A DNA stretch of 64,000 bases from Paraphysomonas bandaiensis (taxonomy: Eukaryota > Protista > Chrysophyceae). Shown one piece after another: positions 40,158 to 54,176 of this stretch; within the stretch, counting starts at the first letter, position 1, and every line of letters starts with the position of its first letter. The stretch is taken from the NCBI GenBank assembly GCA_965644295.1, contig CBFFRP010000333.1:1-64000 (forward strand). The letters run 5' to 3'. A program made the position numbers and the translations under genes. The notes below the pieces were generated by a model that had not been told where the DNA came from, did not search any database, and saw nothing but the letters and a program-made list of their open reading frames with translations.

Positions 40158-41566
40158 TCTGGTAAATAAAAACTCTTTCGAAGGTTAACTACACAGTAAT
40201 TATAATGATTGGTGTCTAGTATGACTGCTACGGGATTGTGTATGAAGAGATGCGTGTGTGTATGTGTGTGTGCTGCACAGCTATGTTTGGTGTTTTTGTT
40301 GATGATATGCCACTTGCAATGCCGTATCTTGAAAGGGTTTTTCTTTTTCACAACAAAATTTCTTTATAGAAGAATTTGAACTGTATACTGGTATATACCT
40401 TCACCGTATTCCCCCTCTACAGTCTGCTCTACCTCTTGAAATATTATCCAATAATACATACTTATAATAGTTTGATTTGTCAGAGTTCCACGATTGTTGT
40501 TGTAGACACAGAATATGATACAGGCAGATACAGGCAGGCAGATAGCAACATGACGATGAATTCTATTGCAACTAAGACATGATTCGATGTGAATTAAATG
40601 AGTCTATGATTAGAATTCAGCTGAAAGATTCTTTACAGTGAGTGTTACGATATATCCGCAACCATCTTTTCGTAAGTATACATGGAATATATTTAGATAT
40701 AGCTCTCGCACCTACTCGTGGTGTTATAGAGAATGATAGCGACCCGAGAGATCTATAACTAAGATTGATGCGTTTCCGACTCACACCTACTGGTTGCGTA
40801 GTGCAAAGAACATGGATGTGTTTACTGGTTTGGGCTCTTACAATTAAGCAGGACTAAGCCCACATAAATTTCGGAAGGGTTCCCCTAGAACAAGTCACAT
40901 ATTTACGTCGTCATGGCCCATGTCAGTGAGATTATATATCAACTCTAACCGAAGTCTATCAATTATATATAACTAGGAGTCTGCTTCATGTGCCAGTGTA
41001 ACATGTTCACCTGTGAGATCAATTGCAAATTTTAGAGAACCCAGCACTGCACTACTCTCCCCATCAGATATCCAGGAGATTGTACATACAACTGGTCATT
41101 GATATCTTACTTAGTCTAGTCTGAGAAACCTATACTTATCAATACACCGTTTTGTACATAAGCTATAATGATTGAATTAACCATAATTTGCAGAAATTAT
41201 TTTAAAACTGCAGTCAATTAAAATATAACTTATGAAGTCAGCTATTTCTAAAGTCATTTATTTGTTGAATATGAATAATGAGTGCCCACTTTCTAAATCC
41301 ACAGGGTTGTATTTTCTTTTTCATTGTCGATTGCGATGAGAGTAACCAAGAATTCCACGGTATTCCATGTGACATGATAATATTGTGAAAATCTGATATA
41401 TTTCAGTTCGATAAGCCATTGTGCCACGCGATAAAATGCATTGATACTTGCATGCTATGAAATGATAAAATATATTGGACCCACAAAAAGCGGTGATTAT
41501 TATAGAAAGAAAATAGCTAAGTTAGGAAAAAATACATAAGAATCAACAAAAACGTCACATTTCGTA

Positions 41567-42900
41567 CTAGCTATTATATGCTCCAGAGCCAATTATATGA
41601 TGGCCACTGTTTTCTCGAACCGAGGTCACTTTCCATATTATCGTAAACATAACACTCTGTAGTACATCCACTGCCAGTCTCGCGCTGAGTCCTCGCCCTA
41701 ATAATCCCACCAGTCCAGACTCACGAAAGACATTGTACATTGTCGCAACGTATGATAACTGCCTGTTCCCAATCGTGGTCTGTTTGACAGTCTTAAGGAC
41801 GCGTAATACATTTACGAACACGTCCGAGAAAACAGTCGCTACGAGAGCTATACCAGCACTCCGCATAACCTATAATAGTGAATTGACACTAGTGGTAAAA
41901 TGAATCATTGAACTCATGTACCTTTCTTGATACCGTAGAGGCTTGCTCAACTCTGGAGTCCAGGAAGTTATGAACTAAATACCTGAGACAAGAACGCACT
42001 CAAAAGTCAAACATTGAAATGGTAAATATAAACAAGATCGTAGGTACGTCTGAAACATTGCAGTAATATTGAAATCAACACGAGAAAATATTGTACATCG
42101 TAACACCATTGCAAGCGCGCATACATGCATACATACCATGGATAATGAGCAACAACTGTAGTCACCATTGTCGCGACTGTTCCCTGGTATAAGAGTGATA
42201 CCTTCCCCTCTCTCCATACCTATTGTAACTGTTACATACACAACCTCATACAAACAACTTGTTACATAACACCGAAGTAAAATTCCAATTTATGCAGAAT
42301 ATACACAGGAGTATTATGTGTATAATATCAATACACCACTATGCTGACCTTATCCATAAGTTTATTGTAACCAGGTGACCCATCCACTTGAAGGACCGTT
42401 TTACATGTGTCAATTGGCATCAAAAACATGCGGAATAGTGCTGCTATGACGCTTCCCATTGCTGTAGACAGGGCCACGTGGGGTGCGCTCTCCCCGAAAC
42501 GTCTTCCAAAGACACGAATGCAGTCATTAGCGGCAACAGATCCAAATTTAGCCAGTGGTGCTTGAACGAGTGCAAAGCCCAAACCACGGTAAAAGCGCTT
42601 TATACCACCCTGAATATATAAATCTCGCAAAGCATCTCTCATATTGAGACCATATTTATACTGATATGAAACTGTAGTCCTCAGCCACATCAAACAAAAC
42701 ACCTGTACGGCTCCAGCAAATGCACCCGACATACCTTCTCTGATAGTTCCAGAATATATCGACTCAACCACGTTATTCTTGAGGGGATAATCAATATCAA
42801 GATGAACTGCCCTGGTCGAGTCATTGTCATTTTCAACACTGACCACTGTCTCCACCGCGCATAGAGTGAAGAGAAGAATGAATACTCGAGTAAGGCACAT
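41567..42900 (-). CDS. Mitochondrial carrier family (SLC25) protein, 4 exons
   Basis: MWLRT, MPIDTCK, RFYRG and LYQG…HYPW motifs; three carrier repeats reconstructed across introns. Confidence 0.85.
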
Positions 42901-42990
42901 CACTTGTAACTCAAGATATTGAATTCATTAGCACTGAGTTTGGAAGATTAGGACATACAGAATCTTAACATGAACAATGACGAGGAACCA

Positions 42991-43530
42991 ATGTACTGCT
43001 GTATGTATGAATGTATGTACTGCTGTATGTATGAATGTATGTACTGCTGTATGTATGAATGTATGTACTGCTGTATGTATGAATGTATGTACTGCTGTAT
43101 GTATGAATGTATGTACTGCTGTATGTATGAATGTATGTACTGCTGTATGTATGAATGTATGTACTGCTGTATGTATGAATGTATGTACTGCTGTATGTAT
43201 GAATGTATGTACTGCTGTATGTATGTATGTATGTATGCACATGTGTATGTATGTATGCACATGTGTATGTATGTATGTACGTATGTATGTATGTATGTAT
43301 GTATGTATGTATGTATGTATGTATGTATGTATGTATGTATGTATGTATGTATGTATGTATGTATGTATGTATGTATGTATGTATGTATGTATGTATGTAT
43401 GTATGTATGTATGTATGTATGTATGTATGTATGTATGTATGTATGTATGTATGTATGCACATGTGTATGTATGTATGTATGTATGTATGTATGTATGTAT
43501 GTATGTATGTATGCACATGTGTATGTATGT
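42991..43530. repeat. Compound satellite: 24-bp unit (atgtactgctgtatgtatgaatgt) x ~10, then (TATG)n
   Basis: tactgctgta recurs every 24 bp from 42994 to 43210; (TATG)n runs to 43530 with gcacatgtgt interruptions. Confidence 0.97.
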
Positions 43531-43633
43531 TATGGATTGCTCTAGAATGGATTGGTTGATCGTTACGTTAGTGCTTGACTGTTGATAGGCTTTGAATAAT
43601 GCTCCTCCAGCCCTACAGAGGTCGCTTTTTCTA

Positions 43634-45313
43634 ATGAAACGAGTTAGGAAAGCCCTTAAGAACTATCATATTCACGCTAGGAGTAAACTATCTAACTTAT
43701 ATAAGCGAGCTTTGCCCAGTCTAACGAACTATCGCTGGCTGCGGTACGTTGTTATGATATGGGCTATTCGTATGGCATTTCTTGCCATAGCAATCATATA
43801 TCCTGTGCTCTCGTCGCTTGCACCGAATAATGAAGTTGATGTGGTGGAGTTCAACATATCACGAGTCAAATACAGCAATGCATCCAATTTCTTTGACGAA
43901 ATTGCTGCATCGAACATACCGTGTATTATTGAAGATGTTCCTGTATCGAATCAGGAGAAGATAATGACAGCACTCCGCTTAGAGTTTCCTTCTATATTGG
44001 AACAAGTTAAAGTAAGTGAGTCACCTGCTTTTACACACTTCTCAAATGAGAGGTCGTGGTCGTCGAAGTGCGCTTCTTGTTGCACTCACCGCCTACAGCA
44101 CTTCTCGTTAGAGGACTTTTTGTCTCACCGCTCGGCGGAGCCCTCTTCTCAGAGCTGGAGCATTGATCACAACAGCTCATATGTGTATATGACACGTCAT
44201 TTACGAAATCCGGAATCTAACGTAGTCGTGCAGAGCCTTGCACCTGTAATGGATACGCTTCGATTGCATACGACCAAACGTACAATTCCTGAGGTGCATA
44301 TATGGTTGGGTTCTAGTGGTGTCATAGCAACTCCCCACTACGATATGGAGCACAATTTCTTCCTGCAAGTGAACGGGAGCAAACGATTCACACTCACTTC
44401 ACCCGCTCTCTATAGCGTGTTTCGTCCGTATTCTGCTCTACACCCCTCATGGAGACAAAGCCAGTATCACCACCTAACTTCTACTGCTGCTATTTTATCA
44501 ACGGGACTGTCTGGCGAAGCTATTGAGGAATGTTTAGTCGGAGAAGAACACACTCTCGCCATGAAAGAAGACGTAACGAACTGTGGTCACACTTGCTCTG
44601 CAACATCAGTACGTAGAGACGGCTCGACCATGAAAGGAAGTGTTCATGATGTTACACTTACGGCAGGTCAGATGCTTTATCTTCCTCCCTTCTACTTCCA
44701 CTCTGTCACTACTCTCGACTCGTACAGTGTTTCGATCAACTCATGGGTGGGCTCGAGATATCTCACTGCGGCAGAAAAACTTAGCACACTTGTTCCTTTG
44801 CCGTACGCTACCGATGCTACTATCGTCCGAAAATTCGCATCAGTGGGTGCACTAATCAAATTTACACTTATTAGATTGGGTAAAAAGATATCTCTGAAGG
44901 ATTTTCAAGACCTGATGGTATCGCGGGTAGCGGACGTGAAGTTAGGTGAGAGTGGTCTCGACGCTCCCACTTCCTGTGAAGAGTTTTATCCTTTTTCAGA
45001 ATGCGATGAATTGTCATTAGTAAAAGCAGGTACATACATAGTGACTTAATGTATTATTCTGTATTGTTTGTGTTTCCGACAATTACAATAATTTTCTCTG
45101 CTAATCGCCTAATATTATGTAGAACAAACAAAGAAGATGCGTGTTGCTGCAGAAAAAATTGGAAACCACTTGAGTTGGATGCCTCCATCCGTTCAACGTG
45201 TTGTACTGTTGGATTATTTTGAAGAGTTGTTCGATGTAACGGCGGGAAGTAATTTGTCCTCTCCAAGGGCATTGGAATGTTTTGCTTATCGCTGTCTGGC
45301 TGTCAAGAAGTAG
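43634..45313 (+). CDS. JmjC/cupin_8 2-oxoglutarate-Fe(II) oxygenase with an N-terminal TM (intron 45030-45122)
   Basis: IWLG…TPHYDMEHNFFLQVNGSKRF and L.AGQMLYLPPFYFHSV give the HxD…H triad; hydrophobic YVVMIWAIRMAFLAIAIIYPVL. Confidence 0.88.
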
Positions 45314-45480
45314 TTGTAAACTCTCGACAATAGGTTGAAATGCGTCTCATAAATGTGTGGAAAACAGAAATCTAATTTGTATATTTATTGGTAGCTTTGG
45401 TGTGCATTTGTAAGTACATTGAAATCGTCATGCACTTATACAAACCTGCGTTTCCAGAACCGCCTACCCGTACACTAGAT

Positions 45481-45750
45481 AGTAGTGAATGTCTTATTAT
45501 TAGCAATAGGCGTGTAAAAGTGAACTAATGTAGTAAAATTTAACTAACTAGTGCTTAACTCTGATATTCTACTATTTGGCGCAATGAAAGCTGCGTATGC
45601 ATCACCGCAAGCACTAGTTATAGCTGAGTATTCGTTGTATTAAACATTTATAATTTATAGTTGATTAATACTTTGCCTATCTAATCCTTAAGGTTTAAGG
45701 TGAACAGCACCCTGGATGCCCTTGTGGTGGGCCCGTTTCCGGGAGATCTG
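45481..45750 (+). repeat. Dispersed repeat family X, copy E (left part)
   Basis: Starts agtagtgaatgtcttattattagcaataggcg; contains the core and the ttaaggtgaacagca…ggatgccctt..ggtgggccc block shared with copy B. Confidence 0.75.
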
Positions 45751-46317
45751 TTTATTCTTCTGGGCTCAAAGATGTCTACACAAGTTACAGAACATCTACT
45801 ATGGTCTTTTTTCTTATATCTAAATCGACCGTTGCGTAGGGCCAATATTGATGATCAGGAACATGGTGGAAGTACTCCGGATTAAGATGATGGCCACTTG
45901 CTAATCATGTTAATATAAGGAGTACCTGAGTTTATTGGTTTTGTAGACTTTGTCATACCAGTTTATTGGTGCTAATATATCGTAATGGCGTTGTGGGTAA
46001 GTTTCATACGATATACTATATTGTGTGATTTATTGATGGACGCCATCGTCACAAATGTTCAAGTATATTTTTTCCTAGAGCTGTGATAATTGATAATATA
46101 CTACCATAGTATGTACTGATTCGCCTGTATTTGAGTTCCTACAAATATTCTTGTTGTTTTTCTGCGTTGCAACATGAAACAAATGTATTAACAAGTTTAT
46201 CAAAACTTAAAGTAATTGCCAGGTTTATACATCTATGGAAGCTCATCACACGTAATAATAAACACCCAGTTCAACGACGCTAGCACTACTAAACCACCGA
46301 GGTAGCTGTTTCATCAG

Positions 46318-47718
46318 CTAAGACCATTCTTTTATTAACGCATCAAGGATTGCTTTACACAAACGCTGCAAATTCTGATTTCCTCGATACCTTTTCTCCG
46401 CTTCTTGCGTAATATCGACTATCCCGTGTGTGAGGGCCATCTGCCGCACATCTGAAAGACTGATTTTAGTCTGAAAATCGTCCGCGACCAAATTGAGTAT
46501 CAGTGCGAGTGCCTGCTGGACTATATCTTCTCTGTCTATGAAACTAGTCAAAATTCGAGTCACGATCGGGATTCCACCTCTCTGAACAACCTCACGCTTG
46601 TTCGGAGGATGGTTAAAGGTAAGATGCTGCAAAAAACACAAAACGTAATCACACATGAGAGTGCCATACATCGATTATGACATACCATTAACGCCCAACA
46701 CCCCCACTTGTTTATTCTAGGATCTTGTCGCCTGGAATCCATCGCATCTACATACGCATTTTAATTCAAACAATAGAAAAGATAGACTAGACTTCAAAGC
46801 TCTGTACCTATGATTACGCCTAGTCCGCCCTCATCTCCCACAGCAGACTGAACGCGTGGCAGATCGATGGCCATCATTCCTACCGCCATAATAATTTTGT
46901 ACTCGTACATTGAGTACGTAATCTTCCTAGGCGCGAACATTGAGACTGTAAAGGTCCCACATACGAGTCAGAAGGGTCGGATGAGAGAGAACATACGTAC
47001 ATGTGGAAGGTTTCTCCACGGTGGTAGCAGCGTCCTCTTTAGCAGATTCTGATAGTTTCTTCACAATACCAATAAAAGATTTGGTATACTTCTCTTCACT
47101 GTGTTCCTCGAGATCGAGACGTCTTGCTTCAGGATTAGACCACAGCTCATTCATGAGATCTATCACTGCAGGGACCCTCTATTGCATGCAGTGAGATTAT
47201 ATCACCAACTAGAGAAATAACACGTACCTCATCATCAGGAGGAAGATCTTGTAAGCATTCGAGAAGATATTTCGTTAAACATGCCTCTGCAGCGGCCACT
47301 ATAACAGAGGGGTTCTTATGCAGCTTCTTTCTTAAGAACACCAGAATATTGAACACATCATGCGGAGATGATATACTCATTCGAAATTTTGCTATGGCTG
47401 TAGATAATGAATCCCCATCAGATACCTGTAGCCACAGTGAGTAGTATGTATGACTGATCCACTATAAGTACCTTAGATAGGGATGTTTTTCTCCATATGC
47501 CGTGATTGCATAGTATAATAAGAACCACTACAGTGAGCCCAATAGCCACTGCGAAGTATGCACGCTCCCTATCATATAAATGAAAAAATAAAAGGGGGTA
47601 TATGATTGGATGATTCGCACACTTCGTGTACTTACAATGGAAACTTCGCTGCAGGTTGAGGTCGCATTGAGTCACTGAAAAATTCCATATCAGCGACTTC
47701 GTCGTCATGTACATTCAT
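46318..47718 (-). CDS. Multi-exon TM + ARM-repeat-like protein
   Basis: ATG 47718; TM AYFAVAIGLTVVVLIILC; ARM-like INKWGCWAL and NKREVVQRGGIPIV. Confidence 0.65.
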
Positions 47719-48254
47719 AGGTGATAGTTAGGGTGTCAATCGCGTGTACTAAGAGCTCTAAGGCACCAGGGATGCTTGAGAATGGAGATGCTAGAGCGAT
47801 GTATGCCGGTGAAGTGATCGAAGATGGGAAAGTTACGAACAAGTCAAGCAAACAACAGTTATTTACGTCCAGCGTGGTGATGATGAGGACGAAAGAGTAC
47901 AGCAGTATGTTCCGCTGTATTTCTATATACGGAATGTGATTGTACTCAATTCAATGTATTCTGCTGTATATCTGGACGATACAGCAGTGGACTGTATTGT
48001 ATGGTACAGCAGCAGTACGACAAGTACACACACAGCAGTATATGGTGATGTGGTATGGCTAGTGTGTATGGGGATTGATGGTGTGTGGACAAAGTACTAG
48101 ACCGCCACTGCGAATAACCTGATCGGCTATATCCACTACACTCTATACTATCCCTGGCTACAATTTGTACGCCACGACACATACTTCTATACACTCATTG
48201 TACTTGTTAGTCACTTATCTGGATATCCCCTCTTTGGATTAGTTATCCACTGAC

Positions 48255-51200
48255 ATGAATGCTATAGATTTAGTCCATGGCGACAAGAAGCATCGCGCTT
48301 CCAAAAGCGGAGCCAAAGCTAAGAAAAAAGCTGATCATTCGAAGAAGAAACGTGGACTGAGTAATGAAAGACATAATCCACGTGCGTTTTCAGTAGCGAA
48401 TATAGTGCGTACGAAGCGCACTCAGCAGCGAAACAGAGATCGTGCACAGAAGAAAGAGGTGGTGCCATTGATAAACCGAGCAGAGGACCTGCCTCCACCA
48501 ATATTAGTTGTTGTTGTGGGACCTAAAGGGGTTGGGAAAAGTACTCTTATTCGCTCGCTAGTAAAGCTATATACGGGTCAGAATATGACCGATATCAAAG
48601 GACCAGTGACTGTGGTAGCTGGAAAGAAACTTCGACTAACTTTTTTTGAATGCCCCATGGACATTTACTCCATGACAGATCTGGCTAAGATTGCTGATTT
48701 AGTGTTGTTAATGATTGATAGCAGTTATGGATTTGAAATGGAAACGTTTGAGTTTCTCAATTTGTTGCAGCTGCATGGTTTCCCGAAAGTAGTTGGCGTC
48801 ATGACTCATATGGACAAGTTCAAAGTCAACAAGTCGCTACAGAAAACTAAAAAACGACTGAAGAACCGTTTTTGGACAGAAATATACAAAGGCGCGAAAC
48901 TGTTTGACTTTACTGGAACAGTAAACGGAAAGTACTTGAAGCATGAAGTGAAACGCTTGTCGATGTATATCTCCCGCCTAAAGTTCCGGCCCCTCGTCTG
49001 GCGTAATACTCACCCATATGTACTGGTTGACCGTGTCGAAGACATTACCCCAACTGCTATGATAAGGGATAACCCTGTGTGCAATCGGGAGATCAGTTTC
49101 TTTGGCTATCTGCGCGGGACCCATTTGAAGGCCAGCATGCAGATGCATCTTATCGGAGGAGGTGACTTCTATATGGACTCTGTATCTACTCTCGAAGACC
49201 CTTGCCCCATGCCTTCGCAAAATGAACGCACCACTCTTAAAAGTTCTAAAGATAACTTCTTGTATGCCCCAATGTCTAATGTAGGACGTGTGAAGATAGA
49301 CAAGGATGGTATGTATATTGAGATCAAGGATATTCACTACACCAAGCCGGACATGCTTGACATATCGGACCAACAGAGTGGAGGGATGTATCGTGACCTG
49401 TCTACTGAAGAAGGTGCACGTACACCTGCTGGTTTGCTGAGAAGTATGCAAGATGTTCAACAAGGTGTGGATGAGAGGTTGCATGGGGCAGAGTTGTCCC
49501 TATTTAAGGGGGATGAAGCTGTGAAGTCATCGGCTGTGAGAGCTCAGGATGACGACAGCACGGATGACGACAGCGAGGATGACGAAAGTGGGGGCGAAGA
49601 GAGTGATAGCGAAGTCGCAGGTAGTGGAAGCGAAGTTGAAGTAGATGAAAGCGAAGAAGATAGTGAAATTGAACAGGACGACGGCAGTTGTGAGGATGAG
49701 TCCGACGACGAATACAATAGCGATGAGTATGAAGAGGAAGATGTCGACGCAGAAGTTGATGAAAATGATGAGTACTACTCCAGCAGTGACTCGGGCTCGG
49801 ATAAGCACCGTCCCAACGCAGATAGCGGATTGCGATGGAAAGATAATTTGTCGGAAAAAGCTGCTATGTCGTTTTCTAAAAGACTGAGCAGTGCTGCAGG
49901 AAATATTAGCGTCATGGAGCGTGTATACGGTAAGGGCTGGGCCTATACCGGAGGCCTTAAAGAAGAATTTAATTCGCACAGTGATTCTGATGAAAGCAAC
50001 AGTGACAGCGACAGTGACGATGATCTCTTTCGCCTCAAAAGCGAATCTCAGAGGAAGGAATATGACACCATAAATGCTCTTGATAGCAGCCGTCCTCAGT
50101 ATGTACAGTGGCAGGAATCACAGAACGGGACTGCTGTGGCTGACAAAAAGAAAGAGCGCAGCATGCTGTGGCTTGCGTTCAGCCGCGGTCGTTCTGGTGG
50201 TGACGTAGAAAACAGTGAGCATGACGTAGACCCCAATGAACTTTCCAATACTTATGAACTGTTGAGGAACAAGTTTGTAACGGGTGACTGGTCGAAGGCG
50301 AACATCAAATCTAACGGCGACGAGGGATTTGACGATGATGAAGTATATGGAGACTTTGAAGACCTACAGACTGGCGAGAAATTCGGTCCATCTGCACACG
50401 ATTCTGGTGCTGAAAGTGGCTCAGACAGTGATGTGGATAGTGAAGCAGGAAGCGAAGATGTTGAGCGGTCCAACGCGGCAATAGACGAGGAGCTACGCGA
50501 ATTGAATGCTGCCAAGAAAGCAGAGAGTAGACTGAAAGCGGGACTCAACCCAGACGATGATGATGAAAGGACTAAAGTGACCGATGTACGATTGTATTTG
50601 ACATAATATGTGTGCATACGTGTCGATTGTTTTGGAGGAGTATGTCTGACGTCTCGTGTGTGGTAATTGTAGGTTGGTGAAGAAGGTGATGAAGAATATG
50701 CAGAAAAGCTCCGACAGGAACTGACGGAGAGGCGTGACCGGAATAAGGGAGAGTTCGGAGACGAAGGAGAACAGGTGGAAATAATAAATTTTGATAAATA
50801 CATCTTGTATTGTTGATATATAAATGGGGTTTTACATTAACTTAACGTTTTATCAGGCTCGTTTGCAGTATGAAGGCATTCGACAGGGCATGTATGTTCG
50901 AATCGTTATCAAAAATGTTCCATACGAATTTACGAAGGGCTTTCGGTCCCATTTACCACTCGTTCTGGGTGGATTACTTCCACACGAGTCTACCATGGGA
51001 CTAATAACTGCTCGTGTAAAGAGGCACAGGTGGCACAAAAAAATATTGAAGAGTGATGATGTCTTGACGTTTTCAGTGGGGTGGAGAAGATACCAGGTAT
51101 TATCATGTGCATGCATGAGTAACCGTCACTATCATGGAAAATATTTTTTAACTGCTTCATGCAGTCTATTCCAATATTCACGTTGGATGATGAGAACCAG

Positions 51201-52785
51201 AATCGAAGGAGATATCTAAAGTACACACCAGAACATATGCATTGCACTTGTTCCTTTTACGGCCCTATCGTACCACCGAACACAGGCATACTCGCATATA
51301 TGAAACCATCCAGGTGAGGTTGTTAATGCTCTGTTGCATAGCCCTGCAAATGCGGACGGGTTGTGCATGTATGATATGTAGTTCCGGCTTCAAGAAGTTG
51401 GTAAAATTGTATATAATATGCGTTTACATATAGAAATTCCGCCGATTTCAGAATTGCTCTAACTGGGCTTTCATTGGAAGTCATAACAACCAGTGATATT
51501 GTGAAAAAATTGAAACTTGTGGGTACTCCTGTAAAAATTCATAAAAATACGGCCTATATTACCGGTAAGCTTTCCTATATATTCGCATTGCCACTTGATT
51601 CTTTTGTGTGAAATTATATGGTACAAAGTAATCGTACTTCTAATTTTGTTGATTCGCTGACACGTACATGTTGTTACGACTAGGTATGTTCAACTCCCAG
51701 CTCGAAGTAGCGAAATTTGAAGGTGCCAAAATTAAAACTGTGTCTGGCATTCGTGGGCAGATAAAGAAATCGGTGAGTTTTCCAGAAATTTGTATTTCTG
51801 TTCATATGTTATCACTTAGTATTTGAGTTGGTGACTTTCGAGACTTAATGAGAACCCATCTATCTCTCTAATCGCTGTTAATTTTACAGGCCAGTCACAA
51901 TGGAGAACCTGGCCAGTTCAGAGCCACTTTTGAGGATCAGATCCTAATGAGCGATTTGGTCACATGCCGACTTTGGGTGCCTGTAGAGGTAATGTAGCCG
52001 TGTGCATGTATTTCGAACGATTCAGTTGCAATATATTTTACGGAATGGTGTCGGACAGGTCAAAGAGTTCTATAACCCAGTATTGACTTTGCTTGAGGCT
52101 ACCGGAGAAGGGGAGGGGGACCCTGCTTGGAAAGGAATGAGGTTCGTAAACTGTGCTTTACAATCTAGTTTCTTCTGAAATCGTCGTGAAACAGAACTAT
52201 CGCTGAAATACGACGAGATAATCAGATCCCTATTCCAGTAGAGAAAGATTCTTTATATAAACCAATAAAAAGGGTACAGCGGGAGTTCAGCAAGATCGTC
52301 GTCCCCAAGAGATTGCAAGAGGTATATTTTTCATTGCCAACACCATGATATTTTTGTCTGGATTGTATGTGATGTGTTGTACACTTCTGTTGTTTATGTC
52401 GATATAATTTTTGTGTGTACAGGCCCTGCCTTTTGCTTCAAAGCCGAAAGTTCAGTCCTCTAAGAACAAAAAATCGTACATGGCACAGAGGGCAGTTGTA
52501 CTTGAGCCTGAAGACAAGAGAAAGAGGGCGGCGGTGCAGATGCTAGAAACAATTCGTAACGATAAGGTCGCGTGTAACGTACGCTGTTTATTTACTGTAA
52601 CGACTTCTCTTTAGGTTACGAAGCGCGTTCAGAGTCAGAAGGAGCGCCTCAAAATGAAGCAAAAGGAGGCAGCGAAGGTAGCAGAAAAATTTGCAGACGT
52701 CCACAAGGCAGAAAAACGTAAACGATACACAGAGGCTGGGAAAGATCAACTTAGGCGTGAGATTAAAAAGCAAAGAAGAGCGTAG
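48255..52785 (+). CDS. BMS1: Ribosome biogenesis GTPase BMS1 (multi-exon)
   Basis: [44 protein letters not shown], acidic middle, [25 protein letters not shown]. Confidence 0.97.
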
Positions 52786-53599
52786 TCGGATAGTATATCG
52801 GTGGCAAGTGATATTTTCAGGGAACAGCAATATTACTAGAATAACATGGTTAAGAACGAAATACTCAGTTAGCATACATAATCATACTCGTTTAAGCTAT
52901 ATAAATAGTACTCCCATCATTTCTTTGAATCTATCAGTTTTTCAATATTCAATGTAAGACCTCCATATTATCCCAACCAAACGGAAATACCGAAACTATA
53001 CGGACTAAGAAATATTACAAGCTCTAATGTTCTCTCAGTCACTATTCACTTCAATTGAAAAATATATAATTTTATATATATTAAGTGAGATATTCCAAGA
53101 GATACTAGCATACTAGCTTCCCATCACGATATTACAATACTTATTTAACCAGTTCAACAACAATATTGCTATATATTCGTAATATTTTAAGTCATCAGCT
53201 AAACACAAGCGTATATTCTATTTTTGATGTAATCATTAGTGTCATATTGTCAAAGACTACTTATCAGCAAATCGCAACTTTCCTCACACTCTTCCCTTTG
53301 AGTCTTAATCGGAAACGTCGTCATCATCATATTCATTCAAAAAATATTGAAATATTTTGTTGATCAGGCTACAACTGTAGATTAGCTAACAAAACGGGTT
53401 TTTTGACAAAACCTGCACCATATTAAGTGTAAACATATAAGCAGGTTTGATGCTACAGTCTACAGTGGAATATACTTTTGCACAAAATGAGATAATAAGT
53501 TTAGCTGTGCTGAATAGGAGTTCACATGTATCGGAAGTATAGACCACATGACTCGTGCACCTGAATCGACTTTTGTTTCTCATTTAGTTGGGCTGACAG

Positions 53600-53904
53600 T
53601 GTTGGAAAATAACATAACTGAACAAACTTTACTCAATATGATGATATTATAAAATTACAAACAATATCTCTCATCATTCACCAATTTCATGTTATATTTA
53701 CTACTACTCATTTCTCGTACGATCTTATGTAGTTACTAACTTGCATGGTAACTATATATTCCGTTCACTACTTAATACTCATCGTCATGATATTAATTCT
53801 TATAATACAGTTAAACACAACTGTATACTCCTCCTCGTAACAGTTATAATTTAAATACATTATAACTACAGCGTTCAATTGCTCTCATATAGCAGAACTC
53901 AACA
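53600..53904. mobile_element. Solo LTR, 305 bp
   Basis: tgttg…caaca inverted ends; 5-bp TSD GACAG at 53595-53599 and 53905-53909; homologous to 28020-28288. Confidence 0.88.
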
Positions 53905-54176
53905 GACAGAATGAATACATTATATACACTAGAGACGGAAAAACAACAACAAAACAATATTCTCTTCAATGATTTGTCCAACAGTTCCAAAATATAGTCA
54001 ATCCACATTTTATTATTCACAAATACAATAAGTTAACTACAAAAAGCCGTCAGACTAACACTATATCATAAAACACAGTTACTACGAGAATACCTTGGCC
54101 ACATACTAAGCGATTCAAATAAAACGCAGTTGACACTTACACCAAGCATTGCATGAATGTGTATAGCGAGGGTTGG

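Noticed and set aside
42991-43222. CRISPR-like periodic array
   Set aside because: Identical 24-bp tandem units, no unique spacers, no cas genes, eukaryotic context.
42928-43585. Six long ORFs (HTYI/MYVC repeats)
   Set aside because: Translations of a stop-free satellite, not genes.
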